DNA of 32,000 nt from NCBI GenBank assembly GCA_048882505.1, contig JBHLRO010000006.1:90001-122000 (forward strand), written 5' to 3'. How positions within the stretch are numbered: the first letter of the stretch is position 1; each line of letters begins with the position of its first letter. Positions 18,577 to 26,652 of the stretch are shown piece by piece. The notes beneath the pieces are model-generated. The model saw only the letters and a program-made list of their open reading frames with translations. It did no database searches and had not been told where the DNA came from. A program made the position numbers and the translations under genes. This DNA comes from Candidatus Thorarchaeota archaeon (GTDB taxonomy: Archaea > Asgardarchaeota > Heimdallarchaeia > Hodarchaeales > Hodarchaeaceae).

Positions 18577-19156
18577 AGACTTTTTACGAATTATAAAAGG
18601 ATTTGTACTCTTTATAGGGCCTACTCAAGCAGGCAAGACATCTATTCTCAGACGATTGGTCACGGGTATCTTCGAAGATCCTGAACCAACGCTTGGATTT
18701 CGGGAGGAAAATATCGCTAAAGTTAGAGTTATAGAGATTGGAGGTCAAACAGAATTCAAGAAACATTGGGCGACAGCCATTGAACAAAAACCAGTTTGGA
18801 TATTCTACGTAGTAGATATTACAAGACAAGATGAACTTGAGGAATACGAGGAATTTGTCACGAAACTTGAACGAGCCAACCCTGGAATTCGTAAAAAGAT
18901 CACTCTGGTATTAAATAAGGTTGATAAACTAGAAGGGGTTCAAAGAACCGTACAAACATCCAATTCAATCATATGCAGTGCAAAAACAGGTGAAGGCATG
19001 ATAGATTTGCTGGAGGAAGTAGCGAGCAATAAGGATGCAATCACATCAGATACAAGCGATCTTGGTACTGATGCTAACGAAGGAGATTCTTCAATTGATC
19101 AAAAAGGGGAAATTGATACTGAGGCGCTAATTGATGAGTATAAAGATAAGTTCTAA
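18569..19156 (+). CDS. Arf/Sar1-like small GTPase (Ras superfamily)
   Basis: G1 GPTQAGKT, G2 PTLGF, G3 variant EIGGQ, G4 NKVD, G5 CSAK; N-terminal amphipathic MLRDFLRIIKG; acidic tail. ATG 18569 overlaps the upstream stop (ATGCTTAG). Confidence 0.88.
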   Translation: MLRDFLRIIKGFVLFIGPTQAGKTSILRRLVTGIFEDPEPTLGFREENIAKVRVIEIGGQTEFKKHWATAIEQKPVWIFYVVDITRQDELEEYEEFVTKLERANPGIRKKITLVLNKVDKLEGVQRTVQTSNSIICSAKTGEGMIDLLEEVASNKDAITSDTSDLGTDANEGDSSIDQKGEIDTEALIDEYKDKF

Positions 19157-19183
19157 TCCCTGGATTGACGAACTTTTCCCGAG

Positions 19184-19597
19184 CTAGGATTTGTACAAGT
19201 ATGCTTGCTTTAACCAATCCAGTAATTGGTCGTCGATTTCCTCTTGATTTTCAATTATAGCGACATGTACGATCGTCCCATTCATCTTTGCCGTTTTTTG
19301 GATTCTCGGATGCGTAATTCGTTCTGCCAATTTGAACTCGACCTTTATTTTATCCTTCTGAATGAAAATCATACCGAATTGGGCACGCGCGCTCATATTG
19401 ATTGCAAAGGAAATAGCATCGAACCGAACGGGAAGTTCTGCCAGCAGCAGGGCCTTTAAACTCTGATATAGCCGTTTGACTTTCTCGGATTTTCCTTTGA
19501 GGTGATCCAGCGGTTTTATCTTAGTACAGGTGTGGGTTTGGTTTTTCCTAGCAAACTGCCTTTCGCATTTATTACATGTCCAAAGGTTTATCGCCAA
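19184..19597 (-). CDS. DUF5655-like protein with N-terminal Zn finger
   Basis: WTCNKCERQF..NQTHTC followed by a DUF5655-type alpha/beta body ending EIDDQLLDWLKQAY. Confidence 0.75.
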   Translation of the reverse strand: MAINLWTCNKCERQFARKNQTHTCTKIKPLDHLKGKSEKVKRLYQSLKALLLAELPVRFDAISFAINMSARAQFGMIFIQKDKIKVEFKLAERITHPRIQKTAKMNGTIVHVAIIENQEEIDDQLLDWLKQAYLYKS

Positions 19598-19647
19598 TTC
19601 CAGTCATCTCGTTATACTTACTACAGATCTACCAAGATATTGTTTCC

Positions 19648-19874
19648 TCAGAACAATCTGTAGTGATCTTTGAATTTATAATGGATCTTATGTAATCGAA
19701 AACCTTCGTAGTCAAACATTATTTCGCCATTCCTGTGAACCATCAGTACGTTCACAGAAACCTCCTTGGCTTTTGTAATCAAATTCGAGATACTCCTAGC
19801 TTTATTATCCCGTATTAGGCGAATGGCTTTTCTATCAAGCTTCCTTTGAAATTAACCAAGGTTTTTTCTTTCAT
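19648..19874 (-). pseudogene. Possible small gene broken by a 1-nt deletion
   Basis: ATG 19874 gives MKEKTLVN; adding one T at AATTT shifts into a frame open for about 65 codons (FQRKLDRKAIRLIRDN...HYRLF*). Confidence 0.25.
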
Positions 19875-19988
19875 AGCGTCACCATTCTGTTTTATTATGA
19901 ATATCTTGATCTCTACTGGAAACTACTCCGTTTTATAAATGGAAAATGAGTGAAAAGGTCTTAGTCTTCTTGAATTGGGTAATCTCGA

Positions 19989-20918
19989 TTAGTGATGAGA
20001 CAATAATAATCTTTTCGTGTTATTTCCAAGAATATCCCATCGATCCTCGTCAGTAATGGCTTTCCGAATCACCAAATCTTCCAATATTCCTTTTTGTCTA
20101 AGAACGACATCGTGACGAAGGGGAAGACGCCCAGAATCAGTGCCAAATAAGATGTGTTGGGGGGTTAGTGCAAGTACGCTCTTCTCAAACACAGTGGTTA
20201 ATGAATCAATAGGGCTCCATTGTATCCAATCATTGGATCCGCTCGTATCAACGTATAATCGATCCTGGTGGGAATAAGCCATTAGGAAGATCTCACGCAA
20301 ATAGCCCGCGCCAAAATGCGCAATAATATATCGTTGTTCTTCTAATTTAGGATTTTGCAACCAAGGACGGAGTTCAATTGGATTGGCGGGCCAACTTGCC
20401 AGATTTCTTGGCCCACCTTTCATTACTCCGAAGTGAATCATTGGTACCAAATCCAAATCGAGACACTTTACTAAATAGGGGAGAACGCGATCATCATTAA
20501 AATTGAAATCATTCCCCCATGCCCCAGGATAGAATTTTATCGAGACAGCCCCTTTGTTCTTGTATTCATCAATCATATTAGGCGGATCATATCGTGGATC
20601 GATAAAAGGGACCAATGCTGGGAATTTATCTGGGAACATTTTATGTGCCTGGTATGTCGTATCAAAATCACCACCAAATGACATGAGAAGGACTTGGTCC
20701 ACGTTGGATTTCTCCATCTCTGCTACAGTTAATCTAGCCCGCTGTTCGGTTGTAGGGAGTGCTTCAATGAACTGTTTTAATTCAGGATTGGTTTCTAAAA
20801 TGTCGTCTGGAAAATTTCGTTTGAACGCTGGAATGCTTGATTTGGTGAAAAAATGATGATGGACGTCGCAGGTGAGTTTTTCATTCTCTTCGCTAGATTT
20901 AGAAAGCTGGTATGACAT
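19989..20918 (-). CDS. Amidohydrolase_2 family metal-dependent hydrolase
   Basis: DVHHH, IKFYP, MIHFG, IIAHFG, YVDTSG, ILFGTD and ILGNN motifs. Confidence 0.9.
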   Translation of the reverse strand: MSYQLSKSSEENEKLTCDVHHHFFTKSSIPAFKRNFPDDILETNPELKQFIEALPTTEQRARLTVAEMEKSNVDQVLLMSFGGDFDTTYQAHKMFPDKFPALVPFIDPRYDPPNMIDEYKNKGAVSIKFYPGAWGNDFNFNDDRVLPYLVKCLDLDLVPMIHFGVMKGGPRNLASWPANPIELRPWLQNPKLEEQRYIIAHFGAGYLREIFLMAYSHQDRLYVDTSGSNDWIQWSPIDSLTTVFEKSVLALTPQHILFGTDSGRLPLRHDVVLRQKGILEDLVIRKAITDEDRWDILGNNTKRLLLSHH

Positions 20919-21363
20919 ATTGTTGCTCCAGATAACTGAATATTTCAGTATGCTGTTTGTTACTTCGCAAGTAGGGCGGCAATTCTCAACCAGGCTGTGA
21001 GGAGCATCACCAGGCTCATTGCTAGATAGATGTGCATTTGGATACTTTGGCCTGATTGGCCACTTAAGGATCTACTTGACCTTGGTAGGTAGATCTTAAA
21101 ATAACAAAAACTTTTTTTTGCCCTTTTTCTCAAATCTCTTTTAGAATTCCAAGGATATGCACTAGTCTCGTGCCTAGTCTGGTTAGGTTCTAATATCAAT
21201 TCGATGATTTTAATCTTCTCATTCCTAACATTCACCTGAACTTAGCGGACTATCTCCCCCATCTCAATATTGGAGAATATCTAAGGTGACGTTTAAGAAA
21301 AGTTTTGTCCTTAAAAGGGTACTTCGCAGATGAGGTATTGAATACACGAAATAGGCCTTTTGG

Positions 21364-21612
21364 GTGATAGAAAAACGTCAAGCGACTGATGTTCATTGGA
21401 TAAAAGGAGAGTCAAAGGATTTGGTAAGCAGCCTGGAACTGGAACTTCCTTTTTTTTGCTACATTGATGAAAAAAACCATCCTGGATCAGAAACAATGTA
21501 CAAGTGTCAAAAATGTGGAATATACATGTGTGGTGCCTGTTATAAAGCTCTTACTATAGTGGTGGGTTCCATTACATGCCTTCAATGCAACAGTAATCTC
21601 ACCCTGGTATAA
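21364..21612 (+). CDS. Small Cys/His-rich Zn-finger protein
   Basis: C..H, CQKC, MCGAC and CLQC ligand pairs (B-box/RING-like spacing); start codon uncertain. Confidence 0.55.
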   Translation: MIEKRQATDVHWIKGESKDLVSSLELELPFFCYIDEKNHPGSETMYKCQKCGIYMCGACYKALTIVVGSITCLQCNSNLTLV

Positions 21613-21675
21613 ATTTTGTTCAATTACGAACAACAACAGCCCAGAAACTTGCCGTAATTTTATAGGGAAGAGTTT

Positions 21676-21984
21676 ATGGGCTATTTAGATCAGGAGATGA
21701 GAATAAGAAACCATATTTTGGATTGCAGAGAAATGAAAGACCAACTTCGAAAATTTAAGGAAAAAACAGCGCAAATTTCGGAGGAAAAAGCAAAAACAAT
21801 CATGCTAAAGGGAACGGGTTTGACATTTGAGGAACTAGAGGAACGGGATGACCTGTTAACATATTCACGCCTCCAAAGGGAGTTTTCAAAAAAAAATATC
21901 CTTCGAATGATGAACAGTTGCAAATGTAACAACGAGGAGAGCATAAAACATACAGGGTCTTTGTCAGAATATGTCGAATGCTAG
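21676..21984 (+). CDS. Hypothetical helical protein
   Basis: 102-aa ATG ORF after GGAAG; charged helical composition. Confidence 0.55.
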   Translation: MGYLDQEMRIRNHILDCREMKDQLRKFKEKTAQISEEKAKTIMLKGTGLTFEELEERDDLLTYSRLQREFSKKNILRMMNSCKCNNEESIKHTGSLSEYVEC

Positions 21985-22007
21985 TACATCGAGAAATCTT
22001 GCGGCTT

Positions 22008-22766
22008 TTAAGTAAAAAACATTCCTGTTATTACAAAAGAGAGCGTACCGATAATTAGGAGTGAGAGGTCACTATTTGAATTAGAAACCTGGATTATAAA
22101 CTCATTTGTGGTTATCGGTTTAACAGAAAAAACGGGTTCGTCGTTATTATCTAGAAAATAAACGTTTGAAACCGGTGTATCTATGGTATTTTTGCGTTTG
22201 ACCTTTAGAGTATATTTATTGAACGCTGTTTCGAGTAACAAGGCATCAATGTCATGGTCCGTATTTGATGATGAAGAAAGATTGGTTCCCCACTTTCCAG
22301 AAAACGATGCTACCACTTCACCAATTGAATTTCGGATACTGCCCGTACTAGTACCTCCACTCTTGGTTCGGACGTATACATTCCCCATTAACTGGTTATC
22401 ATTATCTCGTAACTCTATCATTGGAATCTCTCTCCCTTTGGCACGTAAAGCGGTAATCAACAGTCGAATCATATTAAAGGGATCAAATTTGAAGGTTAAT
22501 TTGCTGTACAATAATCTCGTCTTATTTGGAGAATAAATTTCAAAGGTCCTTTTGTTTTTGCTTCTGACTAAACTGAAGGATTGATAAAAAACGTCATCAG
22601 TTACTCGAACTTTTTCAGGTTTTAATGCGAGTTTAGGACTAGTGGGGAGAGCTTCTTGGTCAAAGGACGTCCCACATGTTGGACACTTCAATTCTTTTTT
22701 AATATCAAAAATCGCACCGCATACGGAACAGGATTCATACTCAGGTTGGGAAAAATTCAATGTCAA
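22008..22766 (-). CDS. Zn-ribbon plus LURP-one/scramblase/tubby-like beta-barrel protein
   Basis: N-terminal CSVCG...CPTCG; repeated beta-hairpins (FEIYSPN, IELRDNDNQLMG, SIRNSIGEVVA, YFLDNNDEPVF); terminal hydrophobic helix LSLLIIGTLSFVI. Confidence 0.6.
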   Translation of the reverse strand: MTLNFSQPEYESCSVCGAIFDIKKELKCPTCGTSFDQEALPTSPKLALKPEKVRVTDDVFYQSFSLVRSKNKRTFEIYSPNKTRLLYSKLTFKFDPFNMIRLLITALRAKGREIPMIELRDNDNQLMGNVYVRTKSGGTSTGSIRNSIGEVVASFSGKWGTNLSSSSNTDHDIDALLLETAFNKYTLKVKRKNTIDTPVSNVYFLDNNDEPVFSVKPITTNEFIIQVSNSNSDLSLLIIGTLSFVITGMFFT

Positions 22767-22953
22767 ACACTCGTTTAAGTAGAAAGTGAATAACTAAGAG
22801 CTCCAGTAACGTTGGTATTGTGGTTTTTTTCTAATCTCAATTTCCGAAGCAATGGGTATTTCTCCAATATACGGGAAATGGATTTTTATATGTCACGATA
22901 AAGTGTCACAAAGAAATCATTTAATCCATATCTATCTGCTGAGTAACGGGAAA

Positions 22954-24471
22954 ATGGGTCATAGAATCAAAGAATTTGGAGATTTTCAAACATCTGATGA
23001 TCTTGCAGATGAAATCCTACAGTACTTGGTGCGTGAAGGAGTAAAACCCCAAACGATTATTGAACCAACGTGCGGCAAAGGATCTTTCATTAGGTCTGCT
23101 CTTAAATACTTCCCGAACACCAAGATTATCGCGAGAGACATTAATCCCAAATATATAGCCAGAATTAAATCTAGTTTGGCTGAGAATTTCGATCTCGATA
23201 TCAAAGTAGCAGACTTTTTTAAGGTTTCTTGGACTAAAATGATACAAAGGGCGGACCCTCCTGTTTTGATTGTGGGAAATCCACCGTGGGTGACAGCGGC
23301 AGATATGGGAGTGATGGGGGGGAATAATATCCCTCAAAGATCGAATTTCGTGGGGTATATTGGACTAGATGCCGTAACAGGAAAAAGCAATTTTGACATA
23401 TCCGAATGGATGAGTATTGAACTTTTGAATGCACTTGGTATTAAATATGGTACGTTCGCCATGATTTGCAAGGCCAGCGTCGCCCGAAGGGTTTTTGAAT
23501 ATCTAGCAAAGAACCCTGTTCCTATTCAATCAGCTTCTTTCTGCATGATTGATACGAAACGACATTTTGGTGTGTCAACGGTAGCAGGCGTTTTTATTTG
23601 TACTATTAAGCCAGGGTTTAGAGCGAACAAGTGTCGGGTGGTGAGGGGATTAGAAAATGGACAATTGATTCAGGAACTAGGCTATATCGACGATCATCTG
23701 GTTGCGGATATCTCGCTTTACCAAAAGTATAGACATTTAAAGGGATCTAGTATACACGGTTGGCGTTCGGGCATTAAACATGACTGTGCATCCGTTATGG
23801 AATTAGAACTTCGCGATGGTCATTTATTCAATGGACTGGAGGAGGAAGTGAAGATAGAGGATAGGTACCTATTCCCCTTGCTTAAAGGCTCGGATATTGC
23901 AAATAAACGGACAGCCTCTACCAGGAAATTCATGCTCGTACCTCAAAGTTTTGTTGGAGAAGACACAAGAAAAATTGCAGATACTGCTCCAATGACATGG
24001 GAGTATTTAATGACACATCAAGAGCTGTTTGATAGACGGAAGAGCAGAATTTATAAAGGGAAACCTCAATTCGCTATATTTGGGGTCGGGAGATATACCT
24101 TTTCTCCTTGGAAGGTGGCGATTTCTGGCATGTATAAACATCTCACGTTCGAATTGATATCCCCGCTTTATTCTAAACCGGTGGTTTTCGATGACACATG
24201 CTATTTTCTCCCAGCACGCTCTCGTGAGGAGGCAACGATTTTACAGCATCTTTATATGCACTTCAAGGTACAGGGTTTCTATCGTTCCCTTATTTTCTGG
24301 GATTCTAAACGTCCAATCAAAAAGGAGGTGCTGCAGCGATTAGATATAAGGAACCTAGTAAAGGAACTAGGATTCAAGAGAACATTAAAAGTGATTAATG
24401 CGAGTTCTCCAACATTGGATCAGGATAAGGCAAGAAAAGCGCTAGCGACTGCTATAAGATATCATAACTAA
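22954..24471 (+). CDS. N6-adenine/N4-cytosine DNA methyltransferase (gamma class, TaqI-like), apparently orphan
   Basis: Motif I IIEPTCGKGSF precedes motif IV IVGNPPW; large C-terminal target-recognition region. ATG 22954 (MGHRIKEFGDFQT) preferred over 22852. Confidence 0.82.
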   Translation: MGHRIKEFGDFQTSDDLADEILQYLVREGVKPQTIIEPTCGKGSFIRSALKYFPNTKIIARDINPKYIARIKSSLAENFDLDIKVADFFKVSWTKMIQRADPPVLIVGNPPWVTAADMGVMGGNNIPQRSNFVGYIGLDAVTGKSNFDISEWMSIELLNALGIKYGTFAMICKASVARRVFEYLAKNPVPIQSASFCMIDTKRHFGVSTVAGVFICTIKPGFRANKCRVVRGLENGQLIQELGYIDDHLVADISLYQKYRHLKGSSIHGWRSGIKHDCASVMELELRDGHLFNGLEEEVKIEDRYLFPLLKGSDIANKRTASTRKFMLVPQSFVGEDTRKIADTAPMTWEYLMTHQELFDRRKSRIYKGKPQFAIFGVGRYTFSPWKVAISGMYKHLTFELISPLYSKPVVFDDTCYFLPARSREEATILQHLYMHFKVQGFYRSLIFWDSKRPIKKEVLQRLDIRNLVKELGFKRTLKVINASSPTLDQDKARKALATAIRYHN

Positions 24472-24502
24472 CTGTGTTGACGAACCTCGTGTTTTAGAAT
24501 CC

Positions 24503-25342
24503 TTACTCCTGATTTACAATCCACTGACGCATGTACTTCCGAGAAGCACGTTGTGCAAGTCTTCCAACGACAGGTAGACCCATAATGACCGTTTGTATAT
24601 GTGTAGCCAGGTTGGGATAGATGAATCCACTTTTTTTCCCTATAATTGCAGCCGCCATGGTTTGAGCGACACGATCTGGTTGAAGGAGGTTCCACTTGAT
24701 GTTCCGGATTAACGGAACAACCTTGCTATCAGGCGCAGTTTGAGCTTTTGAATACAAAGCTGTATCGACTTGACCAGGGCGGATTACAAGGATCTTTACT
24801 CTTGCCGGTAATTCCTGACGCAAGGACCGTAATGTCACCTCTAGCCCAGCCTTGGACCCAGGGTATGATCCAAAATAGGGAACAGGAAATATTGTTGATG
24901 CACTAGAGATAAATGCAAGATAAGCAACTCCTCGCGAGTTATCTAGGATAGTTGGAAATATTTCCCGGATCATTAGAAGGGTCCCAAGGAGATTTACACG
25001 TACCACATGTTCTAGGGCTGCTGAAGGAATTGAAAAAAACGGTCCAAAAGTAATCACTCCTGCACAGTTGATTAGACCTGCAAAATCTGAAATTGTCTCT
25101 ATTGAAGTTTTTAGGATCCTTCTGGAAGCGGGATCGGTAATATCGCAGTCTTGATAATTTATCTGGTCATCATATTCCCGAAGACTTTTCCGTGCGCGGA
25201 TAAATTCAGACGGATCGTGGCTAACTATCACTAAGTAAGCCCCGTGAGATGCTAAGCGTTTACTAAGGGCCAGGCCAATTCCACTTGAGCCCCCAGTTAT
25301 TAGAAAGGTTTTACCGACAAACCAAGCATCAAAGGAACTCAA
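24503..25342 (-). CDS. Short-chain dehydrogenase/reductase (SDR)
   Basis: TGGSSGIG, NCAG, catalytic Ser (FISS), YPGSK (YxxxK), IRPGQVDT. Confidence 0.93.
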   Translation of the reverse strand: MSSFDAWFVGKTFLITGGSSGIGLALSKRLASHGAYLVIVSHDPSEFIRARKSLREYDDQINYQDCDITDPASRRILKTSIETISDFAGLINCAGVITFGPFFSIPSAALEHVVRVNLLGTLLMIREIFPTILDNSRGVAYLAFISSASTIFPVPYFGSYPGSKAGLEVTLRSLRQELPARVKILVIRPGQVDTALYSKAQTAPDSKVVPLIRNIKWNLLQPDRVAQTMAAAIIGKKSGFIYPNLATHIQTVIMGLPVVGRLAQRASRKYMRQWIVNQE

Positions 25343-25447
25343 ACGGAATCCATCCGTAATGTATAGTATTTTTATGGAATTAAATCTGTTTTTTGTGATA
25401 CATTTACAAACCCTTATTATGTAGGTGTCTCTAGAAAGAAAAGGAAG

Positions 25448-25639
25448 ATGCCTTCACTAAAATGTGGAACATGTGGAAATACGATCCCACTCCCACGTTG
25501 TACTAAACATAAACAGGAAGTGATTGTTGGGGAGCTTGGAGGAATCAGAAGTATTTACTGCGCGGTAGAAGGGGAATCGTGCGCTTCTCAGCCCCTTCCG
25601 AATTGCTGTCCAAATCCAGCGTATTCACGATGGATCTAG
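25448..25639 (+). CDS. Small Cys-rich metal-binding protein
   Basis: 63 aa with CGTC, CTKH, C-x6-C and CC; purine-rich upstream sequence. Confidence 0.65.
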   Translation: MPSLKCGTCGNTIPLPRCTKHKQEVIVGELGGIRSIYCAVEGESCASQPLPNCCPNPAYSRWI

Positions 25640-25665
25640 TCTTGCATCCAAGTCTTGTTAACTCG

Positions 25666-26343
25666 TTATACAGTTTCGATTGTGATACTGGGGGGCGTAT
25701 CCAACATCGTTATTGTACGCTCCGCTTGCGCAATCTTGGCCGGGGAGTCATCTGATCTTGTTTTTAAAGGACTGATAGTGGCAATCTGGTATGTAATACC
25801 AGTTTCAAGTATCAAGGAATCAATCTCCTGAAGTAGGTTTAAGATATCTGCGATGGTAGGGATTTGTAACCACTCTATAGCAAAGTCATAATGGCCAACC
25901 AATGCTCCAGTTGTAGCTTTTACGCCAGGAAAGGCATGTATTTGCCCTTCAAGGATTTCTAACGCCTGGGCGAGCCAAGGACCGTGGATCTCAAAAAAGG
26001 TGTACGCGATTCCCGCTGATTTAGAGGCCAATAGATCATCTGCTTCTTCAGAACGCAAGGGAGTATATGTTACCAACGAGTATTTGGCGCGACAGTCAGG
26101 TTGAGAGAGTACTTGGTCAAGACTGTGAGCCAAAAGAAGGATGTCCTCTTTTGTAGCTGTATCTGTCCAAAAAAACTCGTAATCTGCTTTTTCCCCAAGG
26201 TAGGGTCGTCCAAAAGATATCTTTTCACGCAGGGTGGACAAAGCTCTTATTTCACGAGTGAGATCCTCTAATCTTTTTAATGCGGTAGGGATTCCCGGTC
26301 CGAAAAGTTTCACGCGGGTAACACTAGGATTCACGATATCCAC
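25666..26343 (-). CDS. Hypothetical protein with two tandem ferredoxin-like (AsnC/ACT-like) repeats
   Basis: Internal duplication: RVKLFGP..ALKRLE...GEKADYEFFW versus FFEIHGP..ALEILE...VGHYDFAIEW. Confidence 0.65.
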   Translation of the reverse strand: MDIVNPSVTRVKLFGPGIPTALKRLEDLTREIRALSTLREKISFGRPYLGEKADYEFFWTDTATKEDILLLAHSLDQVLSQPDCRAKYSLVTYTPLRSEEADDLLASKSAGIAYTFFEIHGPWLAQALEILEGQIHAFPGVKATTGALVGHYDFAIEWLQIPTIADILNLLQEIDSLILETGITYQIATISPLKTRSDDSPAKIAQAERTITMLDTPPSITIETV

Positions 26344-26453
26344 CTTCTATGTTGCCAGCCTATTATAGATTTTAAGTTATTTCACTTTGCATCAGGTGGT
26401 TGAGTTTGCAGGATTTAGTGGGATATTGAGATTCAATTATTCCTAGATACAGC

Positions 26454-26473
26454 ATATGCCACGGATGGCATAT
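26454..26473. promoter_or_regulatory. 20-bp palindrome (candidate operator) in a divergent intergenic region
   Basis: ATATGCCA-CGGA-TGGCATAT: perfect 8-bp arms, between the divergent starts at 26343 and 26653. Confidence 0.45.
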
Positions 26474-26652
26474 ATTTTACTTGGCAAATTGTAAAATTGA
26501 GATCCTTTAAAAAATCCGAATACATTCACAGTTAGGTTATTCACAGGTTAGAAGGTAATATTCCACTTGTCTTAAATCGTGAAAAATCCGATTTCGTCCA
26601 AAAATTTATCCAATTCTTATTATCTATTTCTACTCATCAGTTGGCATGAACG

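Noticed and set aside
19620-19664. 9-bp inverted repeat ACTACAGAT-N27-ATCTGTAGT upstream of the DUF5655 gene
   Set aside because: Long spacer and no second copy; cannot tell a regulatory site from chance.
20960-21235. 91-aa minus-strand ORF upstream of the amidohydrolase
   Set aside because: Composition is not protein-like, there are no motifs, and the other frames are also broken; not called.
9626-21252. Shared ACTTAGCGG(C/A)CTA at about 9626 and 21240 as possible MITE/IS ends
   Set aside because: Only about 12-13 bp, same orientation, no target duplication or transposase; compatible with chance.
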